NCBI RefSeq assembly: GCF_006345805.1
Contig: NC_043003.1
Span: forward strand, 42,036,001 to 42,100,000
Reading direction: 5' to 3'
Source of the DNA: Octopus sinensis
Taxonomy: Eukaryota
Length of the DNA stretch: 64,000 nucleotides
The first letter of the stretch is position 1, and every line of letters begins with the position of its first letter. Below, piece after piece: positions 13,355-25,334 of the stretch. A program made the position numbers and the translations under genes. The notes beneath the pieces are model-generated. The model had not been told where the DNA came from. It was given only the letters and a program-made list of their open reading frames with translations, and made no database searches.

Positions 13355-13480
13355 CATCTTCCTCAGCATCGTTATCATCATCGTCCAACAGCATCATCAT
13401 CGTCTTAGTCGTTGTGGTCGTTGTCCTCATCCTCCTCATCATCATTATCATTAAAATTATTATTATTATTATTATCATGA
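13260..13480. repeat. (ATC)n microsatellite and degenerate flank
   Basis: Pure (ATC)n ~13262-13350; source of the poly-H/M/D/I ORFs. Confidence 0.95.
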
Positions 13481-13806
13481 GCTTGTGTTATTCATTTTTT
13501 TTTTCTTTTGTCAGGTGGTTTGAAATTTATCACATGTCGGGGGTTGAGTTGATGTGAGAGTGGATGTAGGTGGTATGAACACAGATTTCTTTCAATTTAT
13601 GTTAGTCTTCCGTGCATGGACATAATTATCTAGGCACATTAAAGCACGTACACACACCAATAGCCGCGCCCGAATACACGCAAATAGATACATATTTGTA
13701 TGTGTGGGCACACGCTCTCTCATACATCTCATTTGATTATAAATTATGAACCTACCAATATGCACCAGCATAACTATGCCCTCTCACTCTTTTCCTCTCA
13801 GATATA

Positions 13807-13865
<59 letters not shown>

Positions 13866-13889
13866 AATCCAAAAGGGAAACAAAAAACA

Positions 13890-16836
13890 ACAACAACAGA
13901 ACAATTACAGTATTATTATTAATAGGCGCTCAGGAGATGGAAGCAGGGAGGTATGACGTTTCGAGGCGGAGCTCTTCGTCGGAAACATAAAGAAGGAAGA
14001 GAGAGGAAGAAAGATCCCAGAGCGGGCAACAGGGAAAGAGAAAAAGACGACTGGTGTTTACGAGTTGCACATGGTGAAAGGCGGATGTTGACGATAACAA
14101 GAGCAAAGTGGGTTTTTTAAGGCAAAAGAGTGGAGACAAGGTTGGTAACCCAACAGATGTGTGTGTATGTGTGAGTGTGTGCATGTGCGTGTGTGTATGT
14201 GTGTGTGTGAGGCGAGATGAAAAACAAAAAAAAAAAAATATATGTGTGTGTTAGTGTGTGCGTCTGTGTGTAGGCGTGTGAGGTAGGGCGAGACTAGTGG
14301 TCAGCTAGCAGACAGAAAAAGAAGGAAGGAGGAAGGGAGGTCAGTAGTAAAAAAAGAAAAAGAAGAAGGAAGGGAGGGAGGGGAAGGGGTGGGGGCGTAT
14401 GTAGCGTGCCAGCGTGTGTTGAGTAGTAGTGTGTGTGTGTGTCCAGTGTCGTGGTGGTATTAATGAGTAGATTGAATGTGTGTAAGAGTGATGTATATAT
14501 AGGCAAGGTGTGTATATGTGTGCGCGTGTGTGTAACGAAAAGGGGGGGGGTTAAGGAAAAAGGACTCCAGCTGAGGGGAAGATGGAAGAGTGGTACCGCG
14601 GAGACAGGCGTGGGAAAACCCAACGACACGCGACGGTCCCAGGAACGGGCGGGAGGTCTCGTCAGGTCCAAGGGCGAGGTGTATGCGACGCGTATGCAAC
14701 GCGAGCCGGCGTAAGTGCGTATGTGCGCGTGCCTGCGAGTATGCGCGTACGTATGTATGTGTGTGGATGTGTGAGTGTGTCTGTGTGTATGTCTGGTGGC
14801 AGTGTGTGCGATGAATGTATGTGAGTATGTGTGTATGTATGTGTGTGCATAGATGTATGTCCGTGTGTGTGTGTGTATGTGTGTGAGTGTGTATGTATGT
14901 ACGTGTGGGTGTGGGGAAGTGTGTGTATGTGCATGTGTGTGCGCGTACATACAGGTGTGTGAGTAGTGTGTGTGTGTGTATGTATGTGTGAGTGTGTATG
15001 TATGTGTGTGTCGGATGCATGTATGTGTATGGGTGTATGTATGCGTGTGTGTATGTATGTATGTGTACGTGCGTGTGTGTGTGTGTATGCGTGTAGGTGT
15101 GCGCGTGTGCATGCATGCATGCATGTGCGTATGTGTGTGTGTGTGTGCATGTGTGTGGGTATATATGTATGTGCGTATATGTGTGTGTATGTGCGTACAT
15201 GTGTGTGTGTGTGTATGCATGTGTGTGTATGTAGGTGTGTAGGCGTGTGTGTATAGGTGTATGTATGTAAGTATGTGTGGGTGTGTCCGTGTATGTGTGT
15301 GTATGTATGTGTGTGTATGTAGGTGTGTGGGCGTGTGTGTATGTGTGTGTATGTACGTGTGTGGGCGTGTGTATATAGGTGTATGTCTGGGTGTGTCCGT
15401 GCATGTTTGTGTGTGTGTGTGTGTATGCATGTGTATGTGGGTGTGTGTGTACGTGTGTAATGTATGTGTGTGTGCGTGTGTATGCGTGCGTGTGTGTATG
15501 TAGGTGCGTGTGTATGTGTGTGGGAGTGTAGGTGTGTGTGTGCGTGTGCGTGTTTATGTTGGTGTGTACGTATGTGAGTGTGAGTGTATGGGTGTTTGTC
15601 ATGCATGTGTGTGCGCGTGCAGGTGAGTGTGTGTGTAAGTATGTGTGTGTGTATGTTTGTGTGAGTGTGTAAGTGTGTATGTCTTTGTGTATGTATGTGC
15701 GTATAGGAGTATGTGGGTATGTGTGTATGTATGTATATGGGTGTATGTATGTATGTGTGTGTGTGTGTGTGCATGTGTATAAGTATATGTGTGTGTGCGT
15801 ATGTGTGTATATGTATATGTGTGTGTGTTTATGTATGTGTGTATGTATGTGTGTAGGCGTGTGTGTGTAGATGTATGTATGTATGGGTGTGTGTCCGTGT
15901 GTGTTTGTGTGTGTGTAGGTAGATGTGTGTGTCTGAATGAGGGTATGGCTGTGTAGGTGTGTGTGTGTATGAATGTAAGTGTGTGTGTATACAAGTGTAA
16001 TGTATGTATGTAGGTGTGTGTATGTGTACGTGTGCGTGTGTATGTGTGTGTGTATGCGTGTGAGTGTGAGTGTATGGGTGTATGTCTGTGTGTGTGTATG
16101 TCTGAAGTAGGTATGTATGTGTATGTATGTATGTGTGTGTGTGTGCAGGTATGTGTGTGTATGTGTGTGTGTGAGTAGGTGTGCGTGTATGTATGTGGGT
16201 AGGGATGCATGCGAGTGTGTGGGTATGTATGCATACATACGTACGCGCACATCCGAAGCAAGCCCACACGCACAAAGCGCGCTCACGCACACAACGCACA
16301 AGCAGTACAACGCAAGCCCAAGGGGCCGACCAAGCCCCTAGCGCGCGCCAAGGCGCGCGAGCGCAAAGGCCCTCGAACGCCCCGCTACGCGGGAACCGAG
16401 GATCCATCAGCCAAAACCGGAAAGCAGAAAAGAGGGGGGGGCTGCCTGGATGCAAAAAGGTGTATGTGTGTGTGCATTCAGTGTAAGGGTGTGCATGTGT
16501 GGGCATGTATGTATGTATGTGCCTACATGTATGTTTGCATGTGTGTGGTGTGAAGTAGTACGTGCGGTGTTGTGTGTGTGTGTGAGTGTGTGTGTATGTA
16601 TGTGCGTAGGTATGTGTGTGTGTATGTGTGTATGTATGTCTGTGTGTGTGTGTGTGTGTAAGTATGTATGTGTGTGCGTATGTATGTATGTGTGTGTGTA
16701 TGTGCATGTTGGTTTGTATGTTAGTGTGTGCTAGTATGTCTGTAAGTGTGTGTGATTAAATGTGTGAATGTATGTACGTAAATGGGTCTGCGTATGTGTG
16801 TGTGTGAACAGGCGTGTGGGAGGTAGGTGGTTGGTG

Positions 16837-16840
<4 letters not shown>
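13890..16840 (-). mobile_element. Composite non-coding element with a Penelope-like HHR-bearing end, GC-rich islands and long degenerate (CA/TACA)n spacers
   Basis: HHR-like motif at 13951-13988 (-). GC-rich islands at 14565-14745 and 16235-16460 lie within ~2 kb of scrambled GT/ATGT repeat. No protein ORF beyond H/T repeat translations. Confidence 0.45.
13951..13988 (-). ncRNA. Degenerate minimal type I hammerhead motif
   Basis: Minus strand: CCGACGA-A-GAG(CTCCGC)CTC-GAA-ACGT-C. U4 is changed to C and stem I is imperfect. Confidence 0.55.
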
Positions 16841-16868
<28 letters not shown>

Positions 16869-17493
16869 CAGACAGGCAGACAGACAGACAGAGACAGAGA
16901 GACTCCTGGATACCAATGCTTCTTTTATACATACATACATATATATATATATATATTTAGAATATGTGCATAAACACAATGAATAAATATATGTAAACAC
17001 ACATATGCCTATACACATACCAATAGATACCTATATGGTGTTGTCTTTGTGGGCGTGCGTCTATGTTTGCATATTCATATATATATATATGCATGTATGC
17101 CTGTATGTATTTATGAATGAATTTATGTTTGTATGTATGCATGTATGTACTTATATTTTATTTAAACCTGAAACTAATTGGATGCAATATTCGATCTTAT
17201 CATGTCAAAAGTTTGTAAAACTCAACAGATCATTCTCATATAATTTAGCAACGCACAGATAAAGCTGCTTTCTATATACTCTTCTCTTAGAATCATGCAC
17301 CACATGTAGCGTTATTTTATACTTTTCTACATCCTGCGACTGTCATATTAGTGTGAAGCACATGGGTTTATCGTTACTATATGACCAGTGGTCATATTTT
17401 CGGACTCCGTTGTGATGCAATCATTTGGACTTGTGTCTTTCAGTTCATTATCATTTACAACCACGATCATAGAGAAAGCTAATCATTAGGGTA

Positions 17494-17870
17494 AGTTATT
17501 AAAGTGATATCACGTGAAAGTAGAAATAATCAACGTCTACATTGTTGCTTGACTTGCTATACGCAGCAGCCAAATCTCCATAGAATTGCGTACTATTAAA
17601 CCGAAATATCTCCAACAACACAAACATGTGCATATACTTATAACGAAATAGAATTAGACAACAAAGGAAATATTTTCGGCAGAAAGAAATCTGGACGTCA
17701 AGACCGCTTAGCTCAAACAGGTAGAAAAATTTTAACATTTACAATAAAGAAATGTTTTATTTATAGATTTCGAAATAATGCTCATATATATATATATATA
17801 TATAATGATTAATTCGAATAACTACAATATCAAGAAAGAAAAAAATGAAACCCTTGAAAGGAATAATATA
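17494..17870 (+). repeat. Unclassified dispersed repeat (inverted homologue at ~24470-24880)
   Basis: Shared TTATTAAAG.GA.ATCACGTGAAA, GACTTGCTA..GCAGCAGCCAAATCTCCATAGAATT.CG, GGAAATATTT.CG.CAGAA.GAAATC.GGAC.TCA and AATGAAACCCTTGAAAGGAAT. Confidence 0.7.
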
Positions 17871-18106
17871 AATTTCATTGAACTTCGGATGGTATTATAA
17901 AATTCTGATCAGGACACCCTCAAATGGCACGTTACCTATTTTGTGCCACGTCAGCTTAACCCAAATGATGTTCTTGCATGAATTTTATTTCTACTCCTGT
18001 TCCCAAGTGAGAAAAGGTTCTGTTATATATATATAAACACACACACAAACGTACATATATAAGAGTGTGTGCGCGTGCGTGCATGTGTATGTATGTATGT
18101 GTGTGT

Positions 18107-18166
<60 letters not shown>

Positions 18167-18171
18167 ATTGC

Positions 18172-18420
18172 AGACGTGGCTACGCAGTAAGAATTTTGCT
18201 TCCCAACCACATTGTCCGGGTCCAGTTCCATTGCATGCCACCTTGGGTAAGTTTCTTCTACTATAGCCTCGTGCTAACCAAAGTGTTGCGAGTGAATTTG
18301 GTAGACTCTCGTCGTATATAAAATAAACATATCAATGAGTGTCTCTGTAAGTTTCCTGCTACTGTTCGACAAACGGTGTTGTTATTTTTATGTCCCCCGT
18401 AACTATAAGCAGGACTGGAT
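18172..18420 (+). mobile_element. SINE family A (head, CORE-like body, partial 3' module)
   Basis: GTAAGAATTTTGCTTCCCAACCACA...CCACCTTGGGTAAGTTTCTTCTACTATAGCCTCG. CCTTGGG.AAGT resembles the CORE-SINE domain as I recall it. Confidence 0.85.
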
Positions 18421-18526
18421 CTGTCATAAGATGTTTGCTTCGCGCGCACGTAATCCTGGTTAAGTTCCTATGTCAAGTTGCTTCTTCTTTAGCTTCGGAC
18501 TGACCAAAGACTTCCGAAGAAGCCCG

Positions 18527-18571
<45 letters not shown>

Positions 18572-18829
18572 TGTGGCTGTATGTATGTGTGTGTCTGTTT
18601 TTACTGTGTTAGTCCCTCAAAACTGCTTCATAGATAGAATTGATTGATACATACATAGACAAATAGATTTACCAATATAAATATCGATAAATACAACATA
18701 CATGTATGTTTGTATGAGTGTGTACATAAGTGAAGTCTATTTGCTTGTTTCTTTCTCTCTATATATATGTATGTGTACAAATGTACATACACTCACAGAC
18801 TCACATATATACACACACTGACAAGATTG

Positions 18830-18839
18830 ACCGTGAGGC

Positions 18840-18876
<37 letters not shown>

Positions 18877-18961
18877 GAGAGAATGGGAGAGAAAGAGAGA
18901 GAGAGATGGATAGATAGATAAATAGTTACATACATACATACATACGTACATACATAAATAA

Positions 18962-19047
<86 letters not shown>

Positions 19048-19056
19048 GTAGGTAGG

Positions 19057-19135
<79 letters not shown>
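18830..19135. repeat. (AG)n / (AGAT)n microsatellite
   Basis: Directly visible. Confidence 0.95.
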
Positions 19136-19136
<1 letters not shown>

Positions 19137-19492
19137 CAGATATGGAGAGAGCGTGGATATAATGCGACCACTACTGATGGAACGCCGAATGCACTCAGTG
19201 TCCATGTTGAACAAAGAGATGGTGTACCGCTAGCGAGATTTCCTTAGTTCATTAAGATGCTATTCATTAACGTCTCTAATATTCACGTACAACTAAATAA
19301 AATCTTTAGTTTCAAGTTCCAAATTCTTTTATTTATACCAATTCCAAATCTAAATATAGCTTAATGGCTTTCGCAGAGAAGCACGTAAGGGACAATATGG
19401 CGGCTACAGGCATCGTAAACAACTATAAATTACTACCGCTACTTCTATTTTTTTTACTAAGCTAATGCTACACCTCTCAATGTTATTAATGA

Positions 19493-19559
<67 letters not shown>

Positions 19560-19804
19560 GAGAGAGTAATAACTAATAGAATTAACACTAACAACGGCGT
19601 GAATGAGGACGGAACTACATGTGAAAAACTTTCGCCCGGACTGTGACCTGTGGGGGAGCAGCATATTATATGACTGTTAGAAGATAAATGGCCGGAAAGG
19701 GACGCTGTGAGACTTCTCACAGTAGGTTGCTGTCCGCTCTCACAGAATCAACCAAAGCGAACAAGACAGCGCTCTCAGAAGTAAGAGAATAATAACAATC
19801 ATAA

Positions 19805-20020
19805 CCCTTTTAGTAAAGGCACAAAGTTTGAAATTTGGCGGGATGAGACAAGTCGATTAAAACAACCCTACCTCAATGTTTCACTGGTACATAATTTATC
19901 GACCCTTAAAGGATGAGGGGCAAAGTCGACTTCGGCGAAATTTGAACTCAGAACAAAAAGACAGAAAAAAGCCGCTAAGCGTATATCCTGGCAAGGTAAC
20001 GACTCTGTCAGCTCGCCGCT
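19805..20020 (-). mobile_element. SINE family B, near full length
   Basis: Tail GGCACAAAG..TGAAATTT, core TTTATCGACCC...GGATGAGGGGCAAAGTCGACTTCGGCGAAATTTGAACTCAGAAC, head CAGCTCGCCGC. Confidence 0.85.
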
Positions 20021-20214
20021 TTAATGATGATGATGATGATGATGATAATAATATCGTTGTTGTTGTTATAGACGTCACACAGTATACAATATCGTGAGGT
20101 TGTTGATTGAAGATATTGTTTCTAGTGCTGTTTGTCTAGAAAATATTGAAGATATTGTTTCTATGTGCTGTTTGTCAAGTACCTCAGACAGACAGTACAG
20201 ACAGTACAGACAGT

Positions 20215-20690
20215 CCACAAGTTCTGCACTTACCACTTTCTGTTGTGTTGTCTATTCTATAGTTGATGTAATTTGTTCTTAGTGCTTGCTCTTGGGCTGC
20301 ACAGATCAGACACATTTCCGGTTTCCGGTCTTAAATCACTTTTAGTCATCCTTAGTCACTTTCTATCTGTCTGTCTTCAACATCTCTATGAAATTGCCCA
20401 TGCATTCTTTTCTTTATCCACCTATTTTCAGTTTCAATCATTTTCCAGTGTTTTATATTTGCAATCTTCCGTCCTACACAAGCCTGACCTTCTTACTTCC
20501 AATAATAGCGATTCTGTGGCATTTTTCAACATAACATGCTATGCTGTTGTCTTCTGCTCTAATGCTGCGTTCACATCCAATCAGTGTCCTTCTCTTTTTC
20601 TTGGTACATACTGTATGTCTGTCACGTTTTTGGTGGAGTATCCCATCTCTAGTCAGTAACTTCCTTGTCTTTCTTTCTAAGCTTTTTACT
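20215..20690 (-). mobile_element. R4/Dong-clade LINE internal fragment (post-RT region)
   Basis: Minus translation with frameshifts: ...YVPRK..G..LIGCE.SIRAE...KRMHGQFHRD...LICAAQEQALRTNYINYRIDNT..SGKCR; collinear with the 28901 element (LYLPRAQGGRGLI...LAAQDQSLLTRNY). Confidence 0.8.
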
Positions 20691-20702
20691 TCGTCTGTTG
20701 TA

Positions 20703-20777
<75 letters not shown>

Positions 20778-20778
<1 letters not shown>

Positions 20779-21060
20779 GTCTTAGAACTCTCGACTTTAC
20801 TTGTTCCAGTTAATTCCGTAAGAGTGGGCAGCAACCTCTTGTCAAATTTCTTATAGCTTCTCTTTCTGCGACACTTAATTTCCAAGCTCCAATCTCAAAA
20901 CTTTCGCGTTTTTCTGAGCATGTTCTAGTTTCATGTCAATTCAAATTCCTCCGATATATTTGTCGAACTCTGTTGTTAGTTCTCCCAGTGTCCCTACAAC
21001 AGATACTCTCTTCAATCTCTTCTTTTAGTACGTTGTACTTTTCAATCTTTTCCAGGAATC
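20778..21060 (-). mobile_element. R4/Dong-clade LINE 3' end fragment with (AAT)n tail
   Basis: Minus: EKIEKYNVLKEEI...VVGTLG...DKYIGGI..DMKLEHAQK, then a UTR running into (AAT)n at 20703-20777. Confidence 0.6.
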
Positions 21061-21084
21061 TTTATCTTATATATTTTATCTTTA

Positions 21085-21430
21085 ACTCGTGTCAGTCATT
21101 TTACTGTGGTCATGCAGGGGATCCGCCTTCAGAGCTTTTAGGCGAACAATGGACACGGAGACTTTTTTTTAAGAACTAGTACTTATTCTATCTTTTATTT
21201 TGCCGAAGCGCTGAGCTACGAAGACATAAACACACCGATACCGGTTGTCAAGTGATTGTGATGGACAAACACACACATACAGGCATAGATATACTGCCTA
21301 CTTTCAGTTTCTATATACCAAATCCACTCACAAGGCTTTGGTCGACTCGAGGATATAGTAGAAGACACTTTTCCGAGACGCACAGTGAAACTGAACCTGT
21401 AACCATGTGGTTGGGAAGCAAGCTTCTTGT
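21085..21430 (-). mobile_element. SINE family A, full composite (head, body, CA spacer, 3' module)
   Basis: AAGCTTGCTTCCCAACCACATGG...GTGTCTTCTACTATA...GTGAGTGGATTTGGTA, then the 3' module ending CATGACCACAGTAAAATGACTGAC. Confidence 0.85.
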
Positions 21431-23035
21431 CCATTATTTTATCATCTTCATCGTTATTATTATTATTATTATTATCATTATTACAATAATATGGAGAAGG
21501 ATGCAGATAGTATTGCTTTTATTATTAGATTTCATGCATACCAAAATACACAAAAAAAAACACGTGTTTCTAGCGTGTGAGAAAAATATGCCGGAAAATT
21601 AGATCATAAAAATCACTTGACTAAATGCTGCAAACGTATTTTATACGACTATCTAACAATTTTGTCGAGCCACCGATGAAGACGCGTTAGGTACTGTCTC
21701 AGAGAATAATCTCTTTCCACAGGTTTGAATGTTAAAACATCCTATTAAACTCAGAAGGACTTCAGGGAGTTAAATCGAGTCTAGCTCTTGATGAGAGTAC
21801 TCTATTGTTTTCCGAAGAATAAAACTCAGATTTAACCTACACGGGATTTCAAATTTATGAAGACTGATAGATTGTATAACGATCAATTTTGACCGTTGTA
21901 AAACTCCACCGAATATTGGGGAACGTTGTAGACGATGAAATTGAGACCCGTACTTAACTATTTCAGCCACTCTGGAAATCTGGAATGGTGAAGCATAAAA
22001 TTGATATTGGTGGAATTTGAACTCGGGCTAGTCCATGTCATCTCTGCTTCCAGTTTCCTCATTCAACGTCATTTCAATTATTTATCCTATGGTTATTCTT
22101 CCAAACAGTATACCAATAACATTCATCAATATCTGGTTCTTCAATAATCTTTAATTCTAATTTTCTCCTTTGTTGCAGTTTTGTTTTTATCTATTCAAAA
22201 GTAAATTTGTCAAATTTATCTATACACTTTCGTAATTTAGTATCTCAAATGTAGAATGTTTTCGCGGGTCGTTGGTGTTTCGCAGGTTGTTAGCCATGAT
22301 TGAGAAATTTCATTATGCAACTAGTTCCAGATGTAATTATCCTATCTTTTTAAAATGATTAAGATCTACATTATGTGATGTCTTTCACTTTTCTTTTCGG
22401 ATGATAGCATACTCTGTGAAGCAAATGTTACGGCTACCAGGTGAAGTGATCTCTCTCATACTCAGAATTTTTCAATTTTTTTTTTCAGTAAAATTATCGT
22501 TGCTTGAATATTTCTATTGGTTTAAATATTCTATATGGAAGAGATATTTTATAGTTATCTGTGACATTTACAACCAACGATTAATGATTTCATTCAGAAA
22601 ATGTGTTAATGGATGCATAATAGAGAAAAGGAGATAAATTCTGATAAATTCTTCATTTTATAGTGACAGGGAGAATTCTAATTTCTTTTCCATGTCTTGC
22701 GATGTTATGATACTTTTTTTTTTATAACACATTTCATAAAATATCTCATTTACAAGGGCTGATCTGTTTAAGTACAATATCTCTACAATATCTATAATCT
22801 CCATATACGTAGTATGCTGTCAACGGCCTTTCGATAATTAATCTTTTTTTCATATTTCTTTTTGCTTTTGTTTATCAATAACTGTTCTCTGCATCCATAC
22901 ATCCGACGCCTTTTTTCTTCTTCTAATAGGATATTGTAATCTTCCAGATAAAGCATGATTGAGATTATGCATATATACACAGGCATGTGTGTGTGCCTAT
23001 GTGCAATACTTGCGTGAATTCATGTGTATGTGTGT

Positions 23036-23074
<39 letters not shown>

Positions 23075-23139
23075 TGTGTGTGTGTGTGTGGTGCGTTATT
23101 GGGAAAGGAGTTTATTAGTCTGTCATGTTTGCGTGCTTG

Positions 23140-23400
23140 CTCATTTGTTTTCTTGAACTGATACTGATTCCATCCGTAAAAATGAATGAGCTTTTACTTC
23201 GGCGCTAAGATTGCAAGAAATAGCAACCTTCAAATCAAACTCTACAGTTCTAAACAAAGAAGGATGTATTAGATAGTAACGAGACAATATATATTACTAA
23301 AATGATTGTGTATGCTGAAAAAAGTAGGATGGTCACAGCTTAAACACCTTTGATCTTAGATCTCCTCGATTGGAAGTGGCTTCGAATAACTGATATCTTT
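23140..23400 (+). mobile_element. Short interspersed repeat (SINE-like family C), degenerate
   Basis: GATTGCAAGAAATAGCA.CC...GGATGGTCACAGCT...CCTTTGATC matches an octopus repeat I recall; partial motif overlap with 17550. Confidence 0.4.
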
Positions 23401-23838
23401 TGTAATACATTGAATTACAAAAATTGACTTTTGCCTTTATCGTAATTCAGAATTATGCAATATACATAAACATGTTGATATATATCTGATAGGCGTCTTA
23501 ACAAGAAATTATCCGTCTCTCAATTTCTGAATCTTTCAGTTCTATTGCTATATATTTCTTACAAGGTCGTGGTGGCGGGGGATTTGAATGGAAGCCGTTT
23601 TAGAATACACTTGCTCTCTTATAAAATTATTAGCATGGTCCAGTTATATTGAACAATTTTTTGCTGTTATTATTTTTCACTCACTTCTTCACCTTCACCT
23701 TCAGTACATCTTTTTAATTTCTGGTTTTTCACTTGAGTTCAAAGCCTGTTCCGGCTATCCTTGCCTTTTACACTTTTATGGATGATTAATACAATGCTAA
23801 TCCAATACTGAAGTTGAATTCTCTGTCTTTTCCCTTCA

Positions 23839-23986
23839 CCAGTGATTGTAGGAGTACTTAGAATGATAAAAAAAAGGAACTGAAAATTATTTAAGACTGA
23901 TCCCTGGCTTACCATTCATGCAGGAAGTGCAAAAGGTTGTCGTAACTGGTGCATCACACGTATTGAGAAGAGCATTGCCGCTGTGA
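23839..23986 (+). mobile_element. R4/Dong-clade LINE C-terminal fragment
   Basis: Closely similar to 31220-31366: PVIVG.L.MIKKGTENYLRLIPGLPFMQEVQKVVVTGASHVLRRAL. Confidence 0.85.
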
Positions 23987-24469
23987 ATTTTCTTTTCTCA
24001 ACACTCCATTATTTTATTTTTTGGTTTTTTATTCCCTTTTCCCTTTTCCCTTCTTTCTTTCCCTTTGTTTCTGTCACATGACTTTGTAAATTGTTGTGCT
24101 TATTTTACCACTTTGAAGGTTCTGCCTTTTTCGTATAGTGCATTATACATTTCGTCTGAAAATTGCTTTAAGTGTCTGTAAAATGCTTAACTTATTGCAT
24201 GTTAATTTCACGAGTAGGACTGTTCTTGAAATGCAAAAACAAAACAGTATATACATCGTTAAAATCGACGGAAGCCGTACTAATGCACATCATCTCATGT
24301 AATTGCATGTTTCGTTAAGTAGTATATTTCTCTGAAGTCCTTAAAGCATGTTCTAGCAATTTTTTCTTTCAAATTTGCGCTTCAGATAGAAACATCACGT
24401 AACCCTGTGTTGTTTTCGTCTTCGGAATCCTTATACGCAGCATACTTAGCTAGTATCAGCTGTTTCATT

Positions 24470-24880
24470 TTGTGATTCCTTTCAAGGGTTTCATTGTATT
24501 CTTTTCTTCATATTGTAGTTATTTTTATTTAGTTGTTATTCTTATACGAATATTATTTCGAAGTCTATAAATAGAAAATTTATTTTTATAAATGTTAAGT
24601 TTTCAGCAAAGATTTCTCTATCTGGATTGACCCAAGTTCCCTTGATAATGTTATGTCAACTGAGTAAATTATTCTACAAGGAATACTGATGTCCGGATTT
24701 CCTTCTGTCGTAAATATTTCCTGGGTTATCTATTTCATTTTCGTCATACGTCCATGCAGATGTTTATGTTTAATAACGCGTAATTCTATGGAGATTTGGC
24801 TGCTGCATCTAGCAAGTCGAGTAACTATGTAGTCGATGCTTATATTTATTTCACGTGATGTCGCTTTAATAACTTTCCCT
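24470..24880 (-). repeat. Unclassified dispersed repeat (homologue of 17494-17870)
   Basis: Reverse-complement match to the blocks listed for 17494-17870. Confidence 0.7.
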
Positions 24881-25334
24881 AATGATTAACTTCCTCTATA
24901 ACCACTTCATTAATAATTGTAAATGTTTATGTTTTCTCCTCTAGATTAGTTTCTTATGTTGTAATGAGTTATTTGAAGGCGTTTCGATCGGAATTTTCAA
25001 ATACTACCCGAAGTTCAATGAAATTTCCGTGCTGGAAAGACGAGTGACAATGATGACAAAATGGATGATTCCACTCTCAATTTACAGCTATTTTGTGTGA
25101 TTTATTCTCTAGCGATGATCGAGAAAAGTATCAGCTACGAGGGTTGTGCGATCTATGTTATAAAATTCGGTGGCATAAGGGTAGAATGTGATTTGTATGA
25201 TTTTTTGGTACGAATCAAGGATGTATAAGAGTATCATGCATCGATTATGCATGAGCAGATACAGTATCATTCTGTAAAGTAAGTAAATTGCATGTCGAAA
25301 TGTCTTATAAAAAGTACGTTTTTGCTGTAATTAT

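Noticed and set aside
14294-16707. Long His/Thr-rich ORFs (378-616 aa) on the minus strand
   Set aside because: They are translations of degenerate (CA)n/(TACA)n, which lack stops in several frames at once; no domain content.
21672-21705. CCGATGA-AGAC...GTCT motif
   Set aside because: Lacks GAAA and a cleavage triplet.
22030-23830. Possible very old Dong N-terminal remnants on the minus strand (EPDIDECYWYTVWKN; QVKNQKLKRCTE)
   Set aside because: Similarity is too weak to support by eye; needs a profile search.
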